Shown: positions 1-13,102 of the stretch, one piece after another
Layout: the number at the start of each line of letters is the position of its first letter
Numbering within the stretch: the first letter of the stretch is position 1
Assembly: GCA_028534125.1 (NCBI GenBank)
Contig: CM052818.1
Span: 40,612,001 to 40,676,000, forward strand
Reading direction: 5' to 3'
Source of the DNA: Lama glama
Lineage: Eukaryota
Length of the DNA stretch: 64,000 nucleotides
Notes under the pieces: generated by a model
Seen by the model: the letters and a program-made list of their open reading frames with translations, nothing else
What the model was told of the DNA's origin: nothing
Database searches by the model: none
Position numbers and translations under genes: made by a program

Positions 1-914
1 GCGAGTGCCTCCTGGAGCACCTCCTCTCCCTCCCTGCCTTTTGCAATCCTTCTTCTGAAATGAGCCTTGAGCCTCAATGTAATAAGTCTCCTAGTGTGTT
101 CCATGGGGACACAAAGCTGGTTTGCATCCATCAATCCCTGAGCAAGTCCATTCCTAAGAAGCCATTGCAAAATCCATTTTTCATTGTAATAATAATGATG
201 GTCGACATTTTCTGATTTTTACACATGCCTTTATCAAAGCCTTCTGTGTAAGTATTCACTGGTACAGAATTCCTTACATATTCGGTCCCCTGTGCAGAGC
301 AGGCCACTTTCTACCTACATAGGCCAGGCATGTCTGTGCCTTAAGGAACACTGGCATCACATACTTGGTTCATACAACTTTTGAAAGAAATTCCTTGTTT
401 AATGTTTAGACTTTTTAAATTCTAATAAGTTTTTAGGGATAGAGTCATTCTGGCCCAGATCTTATGTGGTAAAATACAGTGTGACAAATTCAATGAGAGA
501 ATATATATGTGCATGACAGAGGTTCTAGGAGTAATCAAGGTCTTGCTAGATGAATAGTACATGCGTGTGATCGAGAGAATGATAGCATTAGGTTCTTTAA
601 AGAGAAAGCACTCTGCCTAGACTGACTCACCCAGCTTATACCAAAATATCTAGATCCTGATAGAGAAACCAGAAAAGTATACGAATATATAATTCATTCT
701 TGAGAAAGTACCAATGAAGACAAGCATGGGCAATGTTTGACAGCTAATTACCAGAGAAATGTAGATTTCAAATATTACTTGGCACTTAATGTAAATATGA
801 GATCCAGTGTTAGTGATACTGTGTTGTCATTCTTTAAAACTCTCTTTAAAACGTATTTGACTTAATATAAAGAGATAGGTGAGAATCATGAGTTGAGTCT
901 GGTGAAAGAAATGG

Positions 915-1289
915 TGTATTAATTTTCTCAGGCTACCATAGCAAAGTACCACAGACGGGATGGCTCAGACAGCAGAGACTTATTTTCTCACCGTCTGGAA
1001 GTTGGAAGTCCAAGATCAGGGCGTAGGCAGGTTTGGTGTCTCCTGAGTGTTCCCTCCTTGGCTTGCAGATGGCCACCCTCTCGCTGCTTCTTCCCGTGGT
1101 GGTCCCTCCATGTTTTTACATCCTTGTTATCTCTTCCTGTTCTTATAAGGACGCCACTAATATTGGATTAGGATCCACCTTAATAATCCCATTTTAACTT
1201 AATCACCTCTTCAATAGCCTGTATCCAAATACTGTTCCATTCTGAAGTACTGGGGGTTAAGTAAGGGGGACCCAATCTCTATCATAACA
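915..1289 (-). mobile_element. MaLR solo LTR, MLT1 family (MLT1B-like)
   Basis: TG...CA termini (tgtattaatt...cataaca) and typical MLT1 segments such as 'aagtaccacagac', 'ggaagtccaagatcagg' and 'ctgaagtactggggg'. Confidence 0.85.
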
Positions 1290-1571
1290 GATGAGCTACT
1301 CTGTCTTTAAAATTCTAACTACTTAAAATCTAACCTCAGGGAATGTTTTAAACATACACATTAATGTATACAATGAGAAATTGTTTTCAGTCATTGTAAA
1401 AGTTGAAATAACTGGTAAATAAATTGTCTTAGATCCACTTTATAGTACTTTCTGGTCATTAAAATTATAGAAGTGAGACTATATGAAAATTAAGTACGTG
1501 AGTGAAAATTCTATGATTTTCACAATACCGGTGGGTCTCACTAACGAAGGGTAATTATGGGATTCATTGAG

Positions 1572-1590
1572 CCGCCACTAGAGGGCGTGC
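1572..1590 (+). promoter_or_regulatory. Candidate CTCF binding site
   Basis: CCACTAGAGGGCG at 1575-1587 matches the CTCF core consensus; two CpGs are retained in a CpG-poor context. Confidence 0.55.
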
Positions 1591-2184
1591 TAACCAAGAG
1601 TTGGGTGGTAAGTAAGGCAGCATCTGGAGCACGCTGGTGTCTTAGGGCTCAAAAACAGAGAAAGAGAAAAGTCAAGAGATGGTAATGGTACTAATGGAAA
1701 TAAGAAAGGAACTTCCATAGAAAATCAGGGTACTCAGGGAATAATTTAACCATTAACCAACGGGATCTCTATCTTAGGAAATAAATGCTGCTTGATACCC
1801 GTCTTCTCCACTTCGGCATCCCGAAGCCTCCCTGTGAAGCTCATTCACTGCAAGCATCTTTGATGTGCAATCCGTAATGTGTTCTATTTGTTGACTGATT
1901 GTGTTGACATTATTTTCCCCTCCACCAATTACATTTTTTTCTTAAGTCACCATCCTGGGTTTCTGAAATAGTCAAATTGGTGCTGAAAGGGACTCTAAAG
2001 TTATGTGCGTCTTTGTAAAAATACTAGCAACTGGACCTTTGTGGCTGCATGAAGTGAGCCAGAAGGATTAAGTATCCACAGGACAACTCTTGAAGAGTAA
2101 AGGGGGACAATAACGACACTGTGGTGGAGATGAGTGTGGTCTGTCCTTAGGGGACCGCAGAGGAGAAACGCAATGGAGTTTGAA

Positions 2185-2405
2185 ACTTAGAGCACAGGTG
2201 TTGGAGCCACGTACAAGCACACTTAAATTCCAGCCCTACCTTTGACTAAGTTTCAGAGTTTGAGCAAATTACTTCACTCTCAACCTTTTTTTCTCCTCTG
2301 TAGAAATACTTCACAGGCTATGAGAATCAGTTATGGTGTATGTAAAACCTAGCACCATGTTGGGCTCACAGCAGCTGCCCAGCAATTGGGAATTATTATT
2401 ATTTT
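2185..2405 (+). mobile_element. MIR SINE
   Basis: MIR core 'ttgagcaaattacttcactctc...cctctgtagaa' and tail ending 'attattatt'. Confidence 0.7.
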
Positions 2406-3829
2406 AGCCGAAAAGCACATAAACTAGTGAGTGGCCACTTATATGGAGGGTGGGAGGAGCTGCAGTTCCTAGGCTGGGAGGGTAAACTCAGCTGGGGAGG
2501 AGCTGAGGCAGAAGCCAAAACAGGGCTACAGGTCTAAGCTCCGCTCTCCAATCTAGCTTTACCAACAACAAAGCTGATGTTCTGAACCCTGACTCAGTTT
2601 CAGTCAGCTAAGAGTTTATCAGGAAGAAAGAAGGGCTACCAATTAATCCTTCTCAGAATCAACATCCAGCACTTGTCCCAAGGACTGATACAGATTAACA
2701 GCAATTGACTGTTGACTGAATCATGTCATAAGTGCATGAATTAAAGGTGGGAACACAGCTATCACAAAGCGATGAAAGTTTTTGTGGAACCCCAAACTTA
2801 TCAGGCAATGATGTCTTAGTGTTACCCTAAGTTAATGTGTTAACAAAAATTGTTAGTAATTGATATGAAGCCATTTTTCAGACTCTCACATAAACTTATT
2901 TATTTACAAATGCTTGGGGAAAAGAGCTACTGATTCACCACCTGTTTATCTGATGTCTCCATGGTCTTCAGACTAGAAGTCAATTGGGGATGAGGTCCAG
3001 TTGGCAGGGCAAAGATGTCAAGGAGAGGTAAGCTTCTAAGAAATCTATGTTGGCGTCAGAGTAAGACGCTGATAACAATAAATGAGAGAGCTGCAGTGTG
3101 GGAACATTTAGAGAAGGAAGAAAGAAGCTCTAAGCACTTCATTGCGTATTTTTGAGAAGGACCATCCTTGTATTTTGGCCAGATATGAAGGTATGGCACT
3201 GTCCCTGTGTCATCAAGAATGGGTAAAATTATATTCTCTATGAGCTAATAATAAGGATGAGAAATGTGTAATATTTTTAGGTAAGATTTTTATCATAGTT
3301 GAGATCTTTTTAAAGGTTTTGGTGTTTGGCATGCTCAGTTTCTGCTTTCTGGAACACTCATTTATGGGAATACCTTTGTCTGTCATTGTTCTCCTAAGAG
3401 AAGGAACAGACGCTACTCTAACATTTATGAGCTGAGAGTTGAATATTTTGTTTAACTTTAATAGTTTTATATATCACCAAATGGAATCTCACTTTTCAAA
3501 GCTAGCCTCATCCAACACAATTCATTTTTTAAAGAACAGAAGTTTCCACTGTCTTTACGATTGCTACTATTGTTTTAATTAACATTTTAATCTAAGTTGG
3601 CATATTTGGCATATGGAACTCAATTTTCTTTCCAGAAGCCTAGGGGTTCTTGAATTAATGAGAAAAACCGGACCTATTTAACATGGACAGAATTATATGG
3701 CCATTAGGAGTAAGATTTTATATAAAATGTAAAGGATGAAAAATAATTATTAATACAGAAAGCATAATGTGATGCATGTTTACTGTCTGCCTGCTCTACA
3801 GACACTGCACTGGCCACCTTGAGAGAAGC

Positions 3830-4098
3830 GTTATTCTCAAAATGAATAGATGCTGTTAAAAGGCGAAAGTGGTTCTCCATAGTCTAGTAAGATTGAGAAA
3901 CACGAAGTTAAACCGAGTTAAGGTTTCTCATTTGTAGGGCTTTTCACCACATTCAGTGAGCTAATACAAACTGAAAAGCTCTCAGAAGGGGATGCGTAGC
4001 ACGTACGTGACATTTCCCAAACTTATTAGATCATAGAACATTCTCCCTCTGAAAAGTATATTTTGGTTCCAGCGTTTGGCAGATGACACATTGGGAAA
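3830..4098. mobile_element. hAT-Charlie DNA transposon remnant (Charlie4a-like)
   Basis: Inverted motif pair 'tagtaagattgagaaacac' / 'catttcccaaacttattagatc' and a terminal 'ttgggaaac'. Confidence 0.6.
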
Positions 4099-4344
4099 CC
4101 AGGAAGCCATGCTGTAAAGGTTACTAAAATGGTGAAGTCACAGGCATTGCCTGTGGGAGGCTCCCAGTTAGAGGTAGCTAATACGACAAAGACCCAAATA
4201 ACCATAATCAGAGGAAGAAACTGCAAGTGTTCTGAGATGTGGACAAAGTTCTGAGGTTCTCTCTCAGCAATGTTTACTGAACAGAAATATAAAGAAACGG
4301 GGTGATATTTTCTCAAATAGGAATTTTAAGTTTTTTTTTTAACT

Positions 4345-4550
4345 ATCATTGTATCTCTCTCTGCCAAGCATTTCACAAATGTAATCTTTAATCTCACAGA
4401 AACTCTGCAAGGAGGGAACTATTTTTCTTATTATTCATGAAGCCGATGTCTAGAGAGCTGAGGTACCCTGACAGCCTTAGGCGCCTTCTTCGTGGAACAC
4501 CTGGGACTTGATTTCAGGTCTGCCTTCCTGACTCCGCAACTGCAGCTCTA
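4345..4550 (-). mobile_element. MIR SINE
   Basis: 'ctttaatctcacagaaactctgcaagg...gggacttgatttcaggtctg' resembles reverse-complement MIR. Confidence 0.65.
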
Positions 4551-6319
4551 TCCATCCCCGCTTGGCAAAAGGGTGGTAGTATTTTTCTCAACCCTTATGC
4601 AATTGAGGAAATAATGAAGCACAGGAAAATACAGAAAGAATAGGCAATAATATTGAGCCATTCAGGCATGACCAAGAGAAAATTCTTTTTGCACTGACCT
4701 TTAATAAAAAAACAAAACAAAAATAACCTTTAAGATCAGTTTTCCACGAATATGCCAAAATAAGGACAAAATAAAGTCCACAATATCGATACACTAATAG
4801 AGAGGCGTAGAAGGCAGACACCAGTGAAAGCCTAGATACACGTGTCCTGTCACCTTGTCAAATCTTGATCAATTTCTTCTCGTGCTTCTTACTCCTATGG
4901 TATGTTCGCTCTTTTTGAATACCAGCATCACATTTGCGTTTGAAATACATCAGTGGTTTGGTTTTTTTTTCAGCTTATTATTAAATAGAATAATTCATGA
5001 GATAACCTCACTTGTAGATTTCAAACGTATATTATCCCCATTCGCCACTACAGGGTTAGAATTTCAATCACTTTGTTCACCAGGAGATTGAAAATCTAAA
5101 TGTTAAATGTTCACAAACATTCAAAGTCTATGCTTTAGTTTCTGTGTAGCTGCCAGCCCCTGATTTGGTTGAATAGGTTCAGAGTGGAAGGGAGGAAAAA
5201 TGAAGGATTTGGACATGGAGAGGTTAATGGTACTTTAAATGTTTTGTTTTGGTTTTGAACGAGAATAATAAATGTCCCTTCAAAGCTAGATTTCCAATAT
5301 GTTTATAAATTCCAGAGGTATTGCTCAAGATTTGCACTGGGAACATATAAACTTCTGACCATAATAACAAGTGAGACCATAATTTTGGGCTCAGTGTTTA
5401 GTACACACACACATTAAAGTGCACAATATCCTCTCAAGATGTCATATTTTGAACTTTCTACTATGTTCAAGAACATTTCAATGGTTTGCAAGTAGCCTAA
5501 GTGCTAATATCTAAAACCAAAGCCAACCCTGATACCCTACAAGAAATATTCTAAAGCCAATCAATCAGCAATCAATAGCTTTTCAGTCCCACCCTTCTAG
5601 TATAATCAGGGCAGATAAAAGGAAATGAATTTAGCCTTAAAATTTGCCAAGATAACAAATTACCATATTGTCCGGAAACTTCACTAACGATTAGCATTCA
5701 ATCCTTGATCCGGAGGACAAAAGTGTATTGTAGTTATCTTACACACGTCTGTGTCTGCGCCCAGTAAAACATGCCAGGTATTTTAAATCTGCCTACGCAA
5801 TGAATAAGCAGAGGTGTTTTTTTTTTTCCTTTATTGCAAAAGTAAATACTAATATAGAATTGGTGCACACTCCAGCTTAGGAGATATAGATCCTCACCTT
5901 CTTCACTACTGTCTCCGCTTCACTTTGAGAACATTTATAACCCCAGTTTCAACCAATGGGTGGCATCATGTAGCCTGCAATTGTGCAGAGGAAAAGTCAT
6001 TTAGAAAAACGCAATTTTTTTTCCTCCTGCCCAGTTGATTTTGCTAATAAGCAAATGCTCAGAATTTTGCATAAAGCATGCTCCATGCTTCACCTTCTAC
6101 TTTCCTTCTTCCAGGATGCTGTCCCTTCCTTCTCCAAAGCTTTGTCCTTTCTCTGAAGTCTCATACATCTTTTTTGCTGAATCTCATTTACTGCTTAGTG
6201 GCTTATTCTAAAAAATGTTTCATGGACCTTAGCTGTGTTCTCCCAGTTTCACTGGGCACTCATATTGCTTAATCTGAATCCCCACACCCCTCAGCCCAGT
6301 CCTGGATGCAAAGTATCTG

Positions 6320-7210
6320 CTTAAAAGTCAACTCGTAGTCTTATGGAAGTTCCATTACATATAACTAGCCGCTTTTTTCTTGCTGCTTTTAAGATTATCT
6401 CTTTATTTTTACCTTTAGAGATTTTAATTAGAATGTGTTTTGGTGTGGACCTCTTTGGGTTCATCTTGTTTGGGACTCTGTGCTTCCAGGTTAGAAAAGT
6501 TTTAGCTGTTTGTTTTTCAAATAAGTTCTCTAACCCTTTCTCTCTCTCTTCTCATTTTTAAAATTCTTTTTATCTATTTTTCTGTTCCACTTGGGCTATT
6601 TCCACTCCTGTGTCTTCCAGTTTGCTGATCTGTTCCTCTGAATCATCTGATCTACTACTGATCCATTCTATTGTATTTTTTATTTCAGTTATTGTGATTT
6701 TCAGTGCTATTTAGTTCTTCTTTATATTTTCTAACTATTTATTAAACCTCTCACTGTGTTCATTCATTCTTCTCCTGCGTTGTTCGGCATCTTTATGATT
6801 ATTACCTTAAACTTTTTATCAAGTAACTTGCTTATCTCCACTTCGTTCTTCTTGGATTTTGTCTTTGTTCCTATTTTTGCCACATATTCCTCAGTCTCCT
6901 TATTTTGTCTCATTTTCCGTATTTATTTTTATGTGTTAGGTAAGTTGGTTGCTTTTCCTGATCTTAGAGGCGTATCCTTATGAGGAGGCATCCTATGGGG
7001 CCCAGTGGCAAATACCCCTCTTGTCACCAGACCTAGATGCTCTAGGGGTGCCCTTCCTGGGGATGAATGGGCCCTTCCGTTGTTGTGGGCCTGACCACTG
7101 TGGGCACATTCATAGGTCGTGTTGGTCTCTGGCTTGGTTGCTTGCCAGATCTGCCTTGGGTAGTTAGCATCAGCGTGCTGGTGGGCAAGGCTGGGTCCTG
7201 TGACTGCATT
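6320..7210 (-). mobile_element. Old L1 fragment (5'UTR/ORF1 region), degraded
   Basis: T-rich antisense ORF1-type sequence ('ttttcttgctgcttttaagatt...ctctttgggttcatcttgtttgggactctg') followed by a more GC-rich 5'UTR-like segment. Confidence 0.75.
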
Positions 7211-7704
7211 AATTTTTCATACACTTTTAATTAAATTATTTATACAGATATGGGCCTTACAAAAAGCATTTGCATGAGCACATTCTGAAACAATCCCTCT
7301 GACCTAAGGCATGTCATACTCTGATCAGTAATGGGTAGGCCAACGGCCCCAAGCTGGAGCCAAGCAGGTGGGGTCAGCTGCATGCAAATCACACGGACTG
7401 AGAACCAGGGAAGGAGAAGCTTCCAAAAGGAGAATTAAGCTGCTCTTCCCAGAACTGATAAAACCAGACACAGCACAGGCTAAAATTAACAGATGTTCCC
7501 CTACCTTTTGCGTGGTAGGTTAGTGTCATTTCTGTCCTATATGAGATACCTAAAAATGGAAACGTTGAGCCATTTGTCCAAAGTCCCATGGAAGTCAGGG
7601 ACGTTGCCAAGACTTGCGCCCCCACGAAATCTGATAAGTTAACTCTGCAACTAACTAGGCTCATTTACACGTGGCAACAACGGATCAAATCCAGGGCCTC
7701 AGTT

Positions 7705-8310
7705 CTGGGAAAAGCTTGCAGTAATTCTGGCTCCTTCATTTACTAGCTGTATAATATTGAACAATTTAGTTAATCTCTCATATTATGTTTCTTCAGCTAC
7801 AAAATTTGGGAAAATAGTAATTCCTTTGCAGCCCTGATATTGTCATTAAATGACAGTGCACATAAAGAACTAAGTCTAACATGTTATTAGTAATTATAAA
7901 GTACAACTACTACTCTAGGAATTATAGACATAAAGGACCCAGTGTATTATTTTATTTATTTTTTAACACACTAAAATGGTACTTCTTTATGTGCCAAGCA
8001 CTGTTTCAAGTGTATCACAAATATCATCTCAATTAATGAAGTGGTTTCCTCCTTTCTCAAATAAGGAAATTAAGGTCCAGAGAATTTACTGACTTACCCA
8101 GTGGGCTTTCAGGATTCAAACCCAGGCAAGCAGGCTCCAGTGTCTACACTCGCCATTGTTAAAATCTATTGTCTCAGAGGAGAATGTCGTTATTATTATT
8201 ATCACTCAGTGAGTGGTAGCATTTTATTGCCACTATTTTTATAAATGAGAAACTTGAAATCTAGAGGCACCAAAATAGAAGCAAAGCTAAAAATAAATCC
8301 TGGGTCTAAT
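7705..8310. mobile_element. Cluster of MIR fragments (plus ~7705-7900; minus ~7965-8160 and ~8210-8310)
   Basis: MIR core motifs 'tggctccttcatttactagctgt', 'ggaaattaaggtccagag' and 'ggattcaaacccagg'. Confidence 0.65.
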
Positions 8311-8914
8311 GCTTCCCCGTCCACTGCCCTTCTCAGTGTGCTGCACCATTTCCTACTGAGAGGAGAATTACATAAAATAGAAACAGTAGGATTATGTGCT
8401 TTCTGACAAATGAGATCTTTCATGCAATGCATCAGGTTTTATTATCAGGGAGTAAAAGAATTTTTGTCCCATAATAGACTCTAATTGTGTGTAAAGCATA
8501 AGAGGGTGAGTGGAAATTTCCTTGTTTCTAAATAGAAATAGGAAACTCTACACAAGTTAAAATTTTCCATGGGTTTGGGGATCACTGTGCCAATTTATAA
8601 AAATGTCACCATCATGATTCAATTTATAAAGCACATTAGTGACCCCAATAAATGCTAGTGCCTGTGGGAGGCTGAAGAATGCACAGTGGAGAAGACAGTG
8701 TAATCTTGGAAGTTAATGCTGGTCCTGTGATCCCTCACAAGTTGCAGTTTTAACAGTACAGCTGCCTCCTTGGGATTGAGCTGAAACAGAGTCACAAATT
8801 AGGGGGAAAAATCCTGAGGGTCAAGCCACGGTTTCAGCGTTTTCAGAGAATTTACTTCTCCCTACTATAGAGAACCCCTCCTCCTTTGAGGTTCATTTTG
8901 ACCAAGGCATAAAT

Positions 8915-9130
8915 CAAAGGTTGGTGAATTTTCTGCAAAGGGCTGGATAGTAAATATTTTAAGCTTTATAAAACATGCAGCCTTGGTCCAAAGTACTCAA
9001 CTCTGCCATTGTAGCAAAAAAATTATCATAGGAAATACATCAAGAAATGGGAGTGACTGTGTTCCAATAGCTTTATTTATAAAAACAGACAGTGGGCTGG
9101 ATTTGGCCTCGGGCTGTATGCTGACCCCTG
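8915..9130. mobile_element. MER58A hAT-Charlie MITE
   Basis: TIR-like ends 'caaaggttgg' / 'ctgacccctg'; internal 'atagtaaatatttta' and 'actcaactctgccattgtagc'. Confidence 0.85.
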
Positions 9131-9507
9131 GCAGAAATCCTTCTCCTGTGTAGACTCCAACCACTGGCTTCTGCGCCTGCCTCTTATCTTCCCCACTGGG
9201 CATCAGTCTGAGCCCCTACTAAGGTCCAAGCATAAAGCTTCCCCTCCTTCCCAGCCACTGCCACCATCCCAGGGGAACTTCACTGTTCAAATGGATGAAC
9301 CATCCAGCATCTTGACCTCCCTGCTCAGGTCTAAGAACTTTCATTTACTTCCAGTTCACCTCAGACATCCACATCCATGCTCCTGTCTCCAGCCAGGTAT
9401 TTCCCCTCTGACACTTAAACTGCCCCAGTCCCTAATTACAAACCCCCAACCTTCCAATCTCCTTTACTTCTCTCTTCATCTTCCCAATCTCAGCGTAACC
9501 CCTAGGG

Positions 9508-9725
9508 CTTTGCTCTCCAATATGGCAGCCACTAGCCAGCTGTACCTACCGAGCGCTTAAAATTGGGCTGATGCGAATTGGGATGGCCTGTAGGTATTAA
9601 TACAAAACAGATTTCTAAAACTTGATACAAAATATAAAAGATAGATGATTAATAATTTTGCAATAATGAAATGTTGAAATTCTAATATTTTTGAGATGTT
9701 GGTTTAATATATATTTTTTAAACTA
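9508..9725. mobile_element. MER33 hAT-Charlie fragment
   Basis: 'ctccaatatggcagccactagcca...gcgaattgggatg...atgttgaaattctaatatttttg'. Confidence 0.75.
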
Positions 9726-10810
9726 AAAGATCACGAAAGAAGATGAGCAAAGGAAACCCTGTAAAATGTCAGTAGTTGTTGTCCTGTTTGTTGGAAGAAT
9801 GAGTAATGTTTTTATTTGCAGTCATGGCACTTTCCAAACTGTAGACAAGAAGCATGCATCATGTTGACAACAGAGCTAGAAGTGAATAAAAGAAAAATAA
9901 GTAAAATCAGATATGAACCTACACTATGCCCAATCCTTCATTCACATCGATGCTAAAATTAACCACGATTGGGATTGCCTTCAAGAAAGCACAACTTTGA
10001 AACTGTTTATAACTCGTGATCCATAGAAATCATGTTGCAATCTCTCATGATTTCATGTTTTTTGAATTTCATACCACTTTGTAATTTAATATTACGTGAG
10101 TATAATAATAGCATAAATGTATAAGGATACAGATTTTAAAATAAATGAAAACCTGTTTCTTATCTAATCAATAAAAGAGGAGTTAAGGAATAGGAAAGAA
10201 AGTCTAACTCAGGGTTCATAGCTTATCTCTGCCATCTTGCAACTCTACAGGGTGTATTTTGCGTGCCTGGGACACAGCTGCACACACACTGCTGCTCACA
10301 GTACCTGGGCTGGCATCTCCTGCCTGCCCTTCACTCTATAAGTTCACATTTGTAGCTCGGTAAGAAGATAATGTGTAGTTTCCACCACGAAAGACAAGGA
10401 AACGGGAAGAAACCATCCCCTACATTCGTCTCTCATTGGGTGATGCTTTTCATCTTACCCCTTTCCTCCCATGCCTACTTCAGATGCAAGCCAATTGTGT
10501 AAATGGCAGTCCCTCCCAGACTTCCCCTGCCACTCAAACCCAGGCAACAGAGGATGACACTGCCTTTTCGCAGCTTGCTAGCAATTGGAAGGGCGTGCTC
10601 AGAATAAGCAGTGAAAAAATAAGCCATCAACCCCTGACCTAGGTGTCAGCTTGCTGTTCTGTAGATTCTATGATTGACCCAGATGCCACACACTGAACAT
10701 TAATGGCTCTGCTTATGACAAGAAATGAGCATGCTCCGTGAGACCACAACCACTCAAGGCCACCATAAGCCAAGATTCCATCTTCACTGATGCGAATGAT
10801 GGTTCTCTGG

Positions 10811-11055
10811 TGCGTTGGTTTCCTACTGTTGCTGTAATAATTTACTCGGACTTCAGGGTTTAAAACACCACAGTGTTTATTCTCTTATCATTATGTGGGT
10901 CTTAAGTCTGAAATCAGTTTGCCTGGCCCAAAATCAAGGTGTCCACAGGTCTGTGCTCCCTCTGGAGATCCCAGGGGAAAATCTGTCGCCACCTTTTCCA
11001 GCTTTTAGAGCTGCATTCCTTACATCAGTTGGCCTGCAACTCCTTACTCCATCTT
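10811..11055 (-). mobile_element. MLT1 LTR fragment (MLT1D-like)
   Basis: 'gtttcctactgttgctgtaataatttac...aaaatcaaggtgtcc...ccttttccagcttttagagctgc'. Confidence 0.75.
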
Positions 11056-12454
11056 TTTAAGATAAAAAACAAATGCTAAATGAAAAATCAACCAGCTTGA
11101 ATAGGTAGATTGGCTGCATAGAGATTTGTTGAATTTTTGCTTTGTTCTATTTTCTCATTTCCGCTGATGCAACTCAGACTATTCATCATTTCGGAAGCAG
11201 ATAAGCAAACATTTCAACAGAGGGACTATTATGAGGGACAAATGATTGTATTGTTAAGTTGGATAAACTCTTTATCTGCTCTAGGCTTTCCAGCTTCCAG
11301 ACATCACCCTCATCTGTCCTCACGACACTCTTAAAGAAAGAAACTCAACTAAATGCTGAGTGTTTTCTGGGTGCCAGAAATGGAGCTGGAACTTTTCATA
11401 TACTTCCTACAACCTCCAATCTTGTCACTGAAATGATATGGTCCTCATGTTCCAAATGAGGACACAGGCTCAAAGTCATTAACAGATATGTTCAAGCTCC
11501 GACAGCTGAGTAAATACAACCCTTGAACTGCTGTGAGTGAAAACGCACCTGACTGAGTCACAAGGCCAAGTTTGCACTTGGTCACCAATGTCAGTCATTC
11601 TCTGTGTGGTCTTCAGAAAACCATGCTCTCTTCCAGGGCTTGGGCTTCAAGCTCTGATTTTGGTCAAGATGATCTCCTAATGGCTTCCAGAGCTCTATGG
11701 TATGATCCTATTGTGATTCAAACAGGCAAATACAGAAGGAGAAATTAAAAAAAAAAACCACAGAACTACTTCAAGAACTCTTAGAAACCCTTTGCTGCAC
11801 ATAACCCACCCACCTAGGGGATCTTATAAAAATGATTATGCAGTGTCTTCCTCCCAAGTCTAGAGGCTCCAGAAGCATTTAGGGCAATAGGAAAATGAAA
11901 AGAGGGGAGGCTGAGGGTCAGAATGTTGAGGACAGAGAACAAGATGGCAAGAAATGCGAAGAAAAGGTCAGGGGCGGCCTGCAGACCTGGCCTCTCAGAA
12001 CTTCCCCTCACACTAGCAATGCCCTCATCTTAGAGCCAAAACCAGAGACAGAGGTCTACCCAGGCCTTCCTAGACCCATGAACAGGCATGCACACACATG
12101 CACACAGACACAGAGATGCATAATAATGCTACATACACAGATTTCGTTTTAAGAAATAAGTGGGATTGTTTCTCAGAGATGCTTGACAAATGATAGTACA
12201 ATATATGTCTATATAATCAGAGTGCTGTCCTTTGTCACTGATTTCAGCAGTGGCCTTGGAGGTGGCTGAGAAGAGTGACCCCAGCTTCCCAGGTCACATA
12301 CATTTGCTCCCTCCTCCTTCAGATAAGCAAGAACAGGCAACCTGCCTTCACTGGCTCTTGGGAAATGAGAAAGGACAGTGCACCTGCCACACTAGGAGTG
12401 AGAATAGCCAAGGTGACTAGGGTAGGGACAGATCCACGTTAAAAATATTTTTTT

Positions 12455-12980
12455 GTGTTCATTTTTTTTTTTTTTAGATTCCACACATGAGTGATCTCAT
12501 AGTATTTTTCTTTCTCTTTCTGACTTACTTCACTTAGAATGACATTATCCAGGGATATCCATGTTGCTGCAAATGGCGTTATGTTGTCATTTTTTATAGC
12601 TGAATAGTATTCCATTGCATAAATATACCATATCTTCTTTATCCAGTCATCTGTTGATGGACAAAAATGTACATAAATACAAAATAGAAACAGACTCATA
12701 GACATAGAATACGAACTTGTGGTTGCCAAGGGAGTGGGAGGTGGGAAGGGACAGACTAGGATTTCAAAATTTGTAGATACTGACAGGCATATGCAGAATA
12801 GATAAACAAGATTATACTATATAGCACAGGGAAATATATACAAGATCTTGTGGTAGCTCACAGTGGAAAAAAAATTGACAATGAATATATGTATGTTCAT
12901 GTATAAATGAAAAATTGTGCTCTACACTGAAATTTGACATGACATTGTAAAATGACTATAACTCAATAAAAAATGTAATA
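12455..12980 (+). mobile_element. 5'-inverted (twin-primed) truncated L1, lineage-specific subfamily
   Basis: 12455-12660 is antisense ORF2 C-terminus (CPSTDDWIKKIWYIYAMEYYSAIK in the ORF track). 12661-12980 is sense 3'UTR that resumes near where the inverted part ends. There is 'aca' microhomology at the inversion junction and a TT/AAAA endonuclease site at 12439-12444. Confidence 0.9.
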
Positions 12981-12995
12981 ATATATATATTTTAT

Positions 12996-13102
12996 GTGCT
13001 TGCTTCGGCAGCATGTATACTAAAATTGGAATGATACAGAGAAGATCAGCATGGCCTCTGCACAAGGATGACATGCAAATTTGTGAAGCAGTCCATATTT
13101 TT
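12996..13102 (+). pseudogene. RNU6: Full-length U6 snRNA retrocopy (5' half of a U6/L1 chimera)
   Basis: 107 nt colinear with U6 (GTGCT..ACAGAGAAGAT.AGC..CCATATTTTT). My manual comparison with the recalled U6 sequence gives 11 substitutions, 6 at CpG sites. No PSE promoter upstream. Confidence 0.97.

Noticed and set aside
2972..3027. Plus-strand exon-like segment (cttcag|...GAG|gtaagc); other isolated donors near 10360, 13945-13970 and 61204
   Set aside because: Isolated splice-like signals are expected by chance in 64 kb; no recognisable peptide and no consistent exon chain.
12439..12729. 96-aa minus-strand ORF
   Set aside because: Chance fusion of antisense 3'UTR with the L1 ORF2 terminus across the inversion junction.
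12960..13102. Functional U6 gene with an upstream TATA box
   Set aside because: The TA-rich stretch lies 7-15 nt upstream, not at about -30, and adjoins an L1 tail. There is no PSE, and the copy shows CpG decay.
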